DNA from: Nitrospiraceae bacterium
GTDB lineage: Bacteria > Nitrospirota > Thermodesulfovibrionia > UBA6902
NCBI GenBank assembly: GCA_003599505.1
Contig: QZKO01000067.1
Location: forward strand, 37,114 to 101,113
Direction: 5' to 3'
DNA: 64,000 bases
In this document: positions 58,097 to 64,000 of the stretch, in pieces
How the letters are laid out: every line of letters starts with the position of its first letter
Position numbering within the stretch: the first letter of the stretch is position 1
The notes under the pieces: generated by a model
What the model was told of the DNA's origin: nothing
Seen by the model: the letters and a program-made list of their open reading frames with translations, nothing else
Database searches by the model: none
Made by a program: the position numbers and the translations under genes

Positions 58097-59119
58097 ATGA
58101 CACCAGGATCATGTCTTATAAACACGTGTGGAGGAAATGATATGACTCAGGGAATATATAAAATGAAAAGGGGCACCGTGAAATTCGGCGTCGCGCTTAT
58201 TATGGTCTTGCTGCTGGCGCTTGCAGCGGGCTCCCCTGCTCAGGAAGGCGGAAAAGTGCCGCAGCAAAAGACCTTCCCTTCTGTTGAAGACGCGGTAAAG
58301 TCCATGATCGACGCTGTCAGATCGCATGATGAAAAGGCGATGACAGCCGTATTAGGGCCTGACAGTAAGGATGTGATATCATCCGGCGACGAGGTGGCGG
58401 ACCGTGAAGGTCGTGAGCGGTTTATCAAAGCTTATGAGGAAAAGAACAGGGTTGAGATGGTGAGCGACGTGAAAGCAGTGCTTTATTTGGGTAAGAATGA
58501 CTGGCCCATGCCGATCCCCATAGTGAAAGATGGGCAGGGATGGTACCTTGACACGAAGGAGGCAAAAGAAGAGATACTGGACCGCAGAATCGGCCGTAAT
58601 GAACTGAGCGCCATCCAGGTGAGCCTGGCCTATGCGGACGCGCAATATGAATATGCCTGCCAGGACATCGATGGGGACGGCCTGTTTGAATATGCGCAAA
58701 AGTTCGAAAGCGATCCGGGCCGGAAAAATGGCCTGTACTGGGAGACAAAAGAAGGTGAGGAGCCAAGCCCGTTAGGGCCGTTTATCGCAAATGCCATAGA
58801 GGAAGGTTACGGGGAAGGCAAGCCGCCCGCAATGCCCGCTCCGTATTACGGATACTTCTACAGGATACTGAAGGCCCAGGGAGAGAACGCGCCGGGCGGC
58901 GCATTTGATTATGTTGTCAAGGACAAGATGATAGGCGGATTTGCTTTGGTAGCTTACCCGGCCCGTTATGGTATCTCAGGGATTATGACTTTCATCGTGA
59001 ACCAGGATGGTGATGTATACCAGAAAAATCTTGGTGAGGATACAACAACTATCGCTGAGGCAATGAAGGTATTTGATCCGGATAAAACCTGGATAAAGGC
59101 GGAAGTGAAGCAAAAATGA
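58097..59119 (+). CDS. DUF2950 family protein
   Basis: WPMPIPIVK, RRIGRNELSAI, PYYGYFYRIL, YGISGIMTFIVN; true start may be further downstream. Confidence 0.88.
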   Translation: MTPGSCLINTCGGNDMTQGIYKMKRGTVKFGVALIMVLLLALAAGSPAQEGGKVPQQKTFPSVEDAVKSMIDAVRSHDEKAMTAVLGPDSKDVISSGDEVADREGRERFIKAYEEKNRVEMVSDVKAVLYLGKNDWPMPIPIVKDGQGWYLDTKEAKEEILDRRIGRNELSAIQVSLAYADAQYEYACQDIDGDGLFEYAQKFESDPGRKNGLYWETKEGEEPSPLGPFIANAIEEGYGEGKPPAMPAPYYGYFYRILKAQGENAPGGAFDYVVKDKMIGGFALVAYPARYGISGIMTFIVNQDGDVYQKNLGEDTTTIAEAMKVFDPDKTWIKAEVKQK

Positions 59120-59191
59120 ACCGGCGTTATTGTACTTAAATCACCCTCTCGTCTATAATACCGAATAACATATTATTATCAGGGAGCTTTC

Positions 59192-59503
59192 ATGGACATC
59201 AATCTTCCCGAGCTTGAAAACATCCGTAAAAAATGCGCGGAGCTGGACAACGAATTAGACGCCTTCTTCCGTTCAATAAAGGGAATCAGGGCCATGAGCG
59301 ATTCTTTTCCTGAGGTCCCGGTCAGACTGAAGGAGAACAAAGCGGAGATCGAGAACCTGAAGAAGGAAATGAAAGGCATGGAGAAAAGACTGCGGGAGCT
59401 GTTCTTCACAAAGCTTGAAAGACAGAAATATATTATCCTCTCGATGCTGGCCGTGATGATCGCCGGCGCCGTCTTTTTTTTCTTTTATCTCAATCCATTT
59501 TAG
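59192..59503 (+). CDS. Small coiled-coil protein with C-terminal TM
   Basis: GGGAG RBS, heptad pattern, hydrophobic end. Confidence 0.65.
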   Translation: MDINLPELENIRKKCAELDNELDAFFRSIKGIRAMSDSFPEVPVRLKENKAEIENLKKEMKGMEKRLRELFFTKLERQKYIILSMLAVMIAGAVFFFFYLNPF

Positions 59504-59608
59504 CCACTTACCCCTCCCCGGTCCTCTCCGGTCGGTTTGCCTATCGAAACGCATTTTCGTATAATATCAACCTGAATTTATGAATTTACATCCGGAGGAC
59601 AATATCTC

Positions 59609-60391
59609 TTGAATATCATCGTCTGCATAAAACAGGTCCCGGACACGGCAGAGATCAGGATCAACCCTGAAACAAACACCCTTATGCGTGAAGGCGTTCC
59701 AAGCATTATAAACCCCTTCGACCTTCACGCGCTTGAGGCGGGACTGCAGATAAAAGAAAAGATCGGCGGCAAGGTGGTTGTGCTCACCATGGGACCGCCG
59801 CAGGCTGAAACAGCCCTGAGAGAAGCGATCTCAATGGGCGCTGATGAGGCGGTGCTCCTTTCGGACAGGGCCTTTGCCGGCTCTGATACATGGGCCACAT
59901 CATATACTCTCGCGCAGGCTGTCAGGAAACTCGGGGCCGATGTCATCTTTTGCGGAAAGCAGGCGATTGACGGCGACACCGCGCAGGTCGGGCCGGAAAC
60001 AGCGGAATTCCTGGGCATCCCCCATATCTCGTATATCAGGAAGATAGAAGAAATAAAAGATAATTATATCAGGGCGCAGCGGCTCATGGACGAAGGATAT
60101 GATATTGTAGAGTCTTCGCTGCCTGTGCTGCTCACTGTCGTCAAGGAATTAAACCAGCCGAGGATGCCTTCCTTAAAAGGCAAAATGGCCGCGAAAAAAG
60201 CAGAGATTAAAAAGATGGGCAAAGATGACATCCAGGCGGATGAAAACAATATCGGATTAAAAGGCTCTCCTACCCAGGTAAAGAAAATCTTCGCGCCTGA
60301 AATAAAGGCTGAAAGAAAGATGCTGGATGGGACTCCCGAGGAGCAAGCCGATGCGCTTGTTCAGGAATTGAGGAAATTTAAATGCCTGTAG
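59609..60391 (+). CDS. etfB: Electron transfer flavoprotein beta subunit
   Basis: IVCIKQVPDT, INPFDLHALE, GKQAIDGDTAQVG; TTG start. Confidence 0.95.
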   Translation: MNIIVCIKQVPDTAEIRINPETNTLMREGVPSIINPFDLHALEAGLQIKEKIGGKVVVLTMGPPQAETALREAISMGADEAVLLSDRAFAGSDTWATSYTLAQAVRKLGADVIFCGKQAIDGDTAQVGPETAEFLGIPHISYIRKIEEIKDNYIRAQRLMDEGYDIVESSLPVLLTVVKELNQPRMPSLKGKMAAKKAEIKKMGKDDIQADENNIGLKGSPTQVKKIFAPEIKAERKMLDGTPEEQADALVQELRKFKCL

Positions 60392-61581
60392 TCGTAAGAG
60401 TTGATAAATGCACCGGCTGTGAAACGTGCCTGGCCTCCTGCCCCTTTGACGCCATCGTGATTAAAGAAGGTAAGGCTTTTATCAATGAATATTGCAATTA
60501 CTGCAAGACCTGCGTCTCGGTATGTCCCGAAGGGGCGATAGTAGAGACAGAAGACAGCGGTCAGCAGTCAGCGGTCAGCGGTCAGCTTAAAGATTACAAA
60601 GATGTGCTGATTTTCGCTGAGCAGAGAGAAGGGAAGGCGGCCCCTGTCGCGTTTGAGCTTCTCGGCGCCGGCAGGAGGCTTGCGGACGAGCTCGGCGCGA
60701 AATTACTCGCCGTGCTTCCGGGCGCAGGCGAATCCGAAGCAAAAGAGCTGATCAGGTGGGGCGCCGACAGGGTATTCGTGTGCGATGACTCCCGTCTCCT
60801 GAAATTCAACGATGACGCATATGCTGATATTCTCACAAAGGTAATCAGCGAACAAAAGCCTTCTATCGCGCTTGCCGGAGCAACACCCGTTGGAAGGTCG
60901 TTTATCCCGCGCGTGGCCGCAAGGTTAAGGACCGGTCTGACGGCGGACTGCACATCGCTTGAAATAGACAGGGACTCGGGCAATCTCCTCCAGATACGCC
61001 CGGCGTTCGGCGGCAATATTATGGCAACGATCCTGTGTCCAGATTACAGGCCGCAGATGGCGACAGTAAGACCCCGCGTGATGAAAAGAGGCGTATACGA
61101 TGAAAACAGGGCCGGTGAAATCATAAATATTCAGATGGATAAAATCCCTTCAAGGACGAAGGTCCTGGACACCGTCAGGGAAGTATCGGAGATCAGCGTC
61201 AACCTCCACGAGGCGGAATTTATAGTAGCGGGAGGAAGAGGCGCGGGCGGTGAAAAAGGTTTTAAACTGCTTGAAGAGCTCGCGCAGGCCCTGGGCGGGG
61301 TTGTCGGCGCGTCAAGGGCCGCGGTCGACGAGGGATGGATTTCATACAGCCATCAGGTAGGACAGACCGGCAAGACGGTAAACCCGAAAATATATATCGC
61401 CTGCGGCATTTCAGGGGCCGTCCAGCATCTCGTCGGAATGCAGTCGTCGGATATTATCATCGCCATCAATAAGAACCCCGAAGCCCCTATCTTCAATGTG
61501 GCAACATACGGCATTGTCGGGGACCTGTTCGAGATAGTGCCGATGCTGACAAAAAGGGTTAAGGAAATAAAAGGCGCGTGA
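60382..61581 (+). CDS. etfA: Electron transfer flavoprotein alpha subunit with N-terminal ferredoxin domain
   Basis: Two CxxCxxCxxxCP motifs; GLTADCT, QVGQTGKTV, GISGAVQH. Confidence 0.95.
   Translation: MPVVVRVDKCTGCETCLASCPFDAIVIKEGKAFINEYCNYCKTCVSVCPEGAIVETEDSGQQSAVSGQLKDYKDVLIFAEQREGKAAPVAFELLGAGRRLADELGAKLLAVLPGAGESEAKELIRWGADRVFVCDDSRLLKFNDDAYADILTKVISEQKPSIALAGATPVGRSFIPRVAARLRTGLTADCTSLEIDRDSGNLLQIRPAFGGNIMATILCPDYRPQMATVRPRVMKRGVYDENRAGEIINIQMDKIPSRTKVLDTVREVSEISVNLHEAEFIVAGGRGAGGEKGFKLLEELAQALGGVVGASRAAVDEGWISYSHQVGQTGKTVNPKIYIACGISGAVQHLVGMQSSDIIIAINKNPEAPIFNVATYGIVGDLFEIVPMLTKRVKEIKGA
60555..60586 (+). repeat. (CAGCGGT)4 heptamer run in the etfA interdomain linker
   Basis: CAGCGGT CAGCAGT CAGCGGT CAGCGGT CAGC, encoding SGQQSAVSGQL. 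Confidence 0.88.
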
Positions 61582-61590
61582 TCAGGCTGC

Positions 61591-62694
61591 TCATCTCCCG
61601 ATAGCCACAGCAAAAGCTCTAAAACCAACATTAATGGCCTCGCCAACCACGGTTTGTGTTTCGGTGTTGATCACATACACATCATACGCCGAACAAACAT
61701 AAGCGTATTTCCCGTCCGGGGTGAATGCAATACCGGCAGTACCGAAAATTGCAGTACCGGCAATTACTACATTCTTGATATACACACTATTCACTACCTC
61801 ATCTGTCTGAGTGTCTATGATATTAATATACCCTGTGACTCCAGAAGATGCATATACCCATCTGCCGTCCGGCGAAACGGCAATCCCACTTCCGAAACGA
61901 TTATTTACTGTATCTATCAGAGTCACTTCGGAAGGGTCTTTTAAATTCACTTTGATAACGTCTCCAAGCGACGACGCATACAGATAATTACCGTCAGGAG
62001 ACATAGCCAGGCCTCCAGACGGATCACCTCCAACCTTTAATGGCTCAATCATAAATTCATCGTTAGGCATGATATAAACAGCGGTAATATAACCTACAAC
62101 CATACCTTGCTGTTGTGGGTATAGTGAATATGATCCGGTGGATAGATAGATCGCAGTCTTGTCCGGAGTCACCACAACGTCTCGTGGGGCTCCAAATTCA
62201 CCACCCTGCGAGGGGATAAGAGGAACTTCCACTGCTTCCTCTTTTATTGCATCAATAATTGTAAGGACTGGATTAATAGAGGTCGAAGCAAGAAGGATAT
62301 ACTGGCCATCCAGCGTGATATCGATGCCATTTGCACCTGGTCTCGCCTGATAACCGTCTATAGCTTTATTGGTAGTGTTATACCGTAACACATATCCAGA
62401 CCAATACTCAGAGAAATAGACAAAACCACCGTCAGGCGACACTGCAATACCGAGATAATCACCGACTCCATCCCAAATACGTGTAACTTTACGAGTGTCG
62501 TGGTCGATAGATGCTACCCCGTTAATTCCTGAAACATATACCTTCATGCCGGCATTCTGCTCGATCCCACTCTGTCCCGATTCGCTGGCGCCGTTACTTC
62601 CACCACCGCCGCCTCCGCCGCATGCCGACAATAATACAATTAACAATCCAGTTAACAATACTTTGAAAGTAATTTCCAAATTATTCTTTTTCAT
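61591..62694 (-). CDS. YVTN/YncE-like beta-propeller lipoprotein
   Basis: LSAC lipobox, Gly linker, repeated GIAVSPDG..Y blades. Confidence 0.85.
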   Translation of the reverse strand: MKKNNLEITFKVLLTGLLIVLLSACGGGGGGGSNGASESGQSGIEQNAGMKVYVSGINGVASIDHDTRKVTRIWDGVGDYLGIAVSPDGGFVYFSEYWSGYVLRYNTTNKAIDGYQARPGANGIDITLDGQYILLASTSINPVLTIIDAIKEEAVEVPLIPSQGGEFGAPRDVVVTPDKTAIYLSTGSYSLYPQQQGMVVGYITAVYIMPNDEFMIEPLKVGGDPSGGLAMSPDGNYLYASSLGDVIKVNLKDPSEVTLIDTVNNRFGSGIAVSPDGRWVYASSGVTGYINIIDTQTDEVVNSVYIKNVVIAGTAIFGTAGIAFTPDGKYAYVCSAYDVYVINTETQTVVGEAINVGFRAFAVAIGR

Positions 62695-63025
62695 GATCGT
62701 CTTCCTCCTGAATTAAACAACAAAAAACGTTCACATGGTAATGACGCTATGATTCCTTCTCCTGTATCATTAATTCCGGCCAGGTTTCTGCCACTGCGGG
62801 AGTATGCGTTTAGCGATTCCCTGATGATTCAGGGCAGAATATTTTTCTTTAAATTGCTCGATGTCCTGATTGAAATTATCAATAATTCTGACATCAAAGG
62901 TTCCTGTTCCAAATCCCGACCACTGCGATCAATTTGAGATACGGGAATAATCAATCTATTCCTCCTTCCTTGATAGAGTCAAAGACGAACAACATTATAT
63001 ACTGAACTTGTATTATCGATAAAAA

Positions 63026-64000
63026 CTACTGACTTACTTTGGTTAACGAAACATCGCCTTTGCCACTGCACGATATTATCCCGGTCGGATGCCACCAGAA
63101 CCAGCTTACTTTGCCTGATCCGGAACTGTCAGAGTAAATGTCGAAGCTGACATTCATCTTGGTTACTCCGCCGTTTTCAGGAAAGGTTGAAGAAATGTTA
63201 TAAGTAGTCCCGCCGGCTCTTCCTGCTCCAACATACTGTTCAGCGGTCATTCTCCCTGAGATCACATTTCCTGTCTGCGTCCCCGTAAATGTGCCGGTTT
63301 CATCGGCATCAGCAGGACAGCCGTATCCGATATTGTTAAATGTAGAGTAGTACCAAACCCCGGAAATATTGAATACTGGAGGAACATTGTTGGCATATTT
63401 AACTATCGCTTCACCGCTGCCTTGCGGCATGCCGTAGTATGCGATATGCACCCGGTCAGAAGTATCCAGAGCCAGAGAAGTATTCCTTCCGGTTGAAGAA
63501 AAACTATAATCTGTATCTACCCAGGTCACTACCCACGCGCCTGTGGTGTTAGTTGCATATTTCAAGAGCCCGTTATCAGAGAAATCATAATAGCTTATAT
63601 GTACCTTGTCCCGGGAATCGACGGCGATAGCGCTATGCGAGCCGGATGAGCCTTCCATGTCGACTGTTGATATAACCCACGTCCCTGAAACATTTGAGGC
63701 ATATTTTAGATCGGAGTTATCTTTATCATAATAGCTTATATGTAATTTATCCCGGGAGTCGATGGCCATAGAGCAATACTCACCAACTTTTCCATCATTA
63801 TCAATTGTAGTAAGTTCCCAAACTCCGGAAGCATTGGTGGCATAGCGTAGGTCACCCCCGTCAGCATCCGTAATATTCTCAGAAGCTTCAAAGAACGCTA
63901 TATGAACCTTGTCATTTGAATCGACGGCAATTGCGGTATCCGCCCTGACACTCTTAGTGCTCAGTAACTGGTTTTTAAGAGGAGCAATGTCTTTTGTCAC
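63026..64000 (-). CDS. Repeat-containing extracellular protein (5' end outside window)
   Basis: Four repeats of AxDSxDKxHIxY...YAxNxxGxW. Confidence 0.75.
   Translation of the reverse strand: MTKDIAPLKNQLLSTKSVRADTAIAVDSNDKVHIAFFEASENITDADGGDLRYATNASGVWELTTIDNDGKVGEYCSMAIDSRDKLHISYYDKDNSDLKYASNVSGTWVISTVDMEGSSGSHSAIAVDSRDKVHISYYDFSDNGLLKYATNTTGAWVVTWVDTDYSFSSTGRNTSLALDTSDRVHIAYYGMPQGSGEAIVKYANNVPPVFNISGVWYYSTFNNIGYGCPADADETGTFTGTQTGNVISGRMTAEQYVGAGRAGGTTYNISSTFPENGGVTKMNVSFDIYSDSSGSGKVSWFWWHPTGIISCSGKGDVSLTKVSQ

Noticed and set aside
62749-63025. Small ORFs between the two terminal genes
   Set aside because: Short, conflicting frames, no motif support

Overview
Chromosomal segment of a Gram-negative bacterium; gene content and style suggest Nitrospirota/Deltaproteobacteria-like (inference). 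Core blocks: murJ-rpsT-holA-lptE-leuS; bamA-skp-lpxD-fabZ-lpxA-lpxI followed by GnnA/GnnB-like genes; a TauE/USP/two-component module with a Lon protease that carries an internal receiver domain; nhaA; a second Omp85 with tamB and a SurA-like gene; a MacAB-like ABC exporter; tRNA-Ala(CGC); DUF3300/DUF2950; etfBA. Accessory regions: (i) 30.3-35.4 kb, a Y1/RAYT-type transposase with terminal inverted repeats abutting an AT-rich, integrase-less cassette array bounded by attC-type sites; (ii) 46.4-56.7 kb, a decaying defence island downstream of the tRNA (DEDDh nuclease, ORF6N, PIN toxin pair, type I R-M, collapsed type I-E CRISPR-Cas with a DUF1016::Cas1 chimera and a 3-spacer array). The most unusual window-wide signal is a set of 7-9 bp tandem microrepeats and GTAG-type REP palindromes that sit between genes and also in frame inside leuS, lptE, lpxI and etfA. 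All coordinates and motifs were read by eye; no database searches were run.
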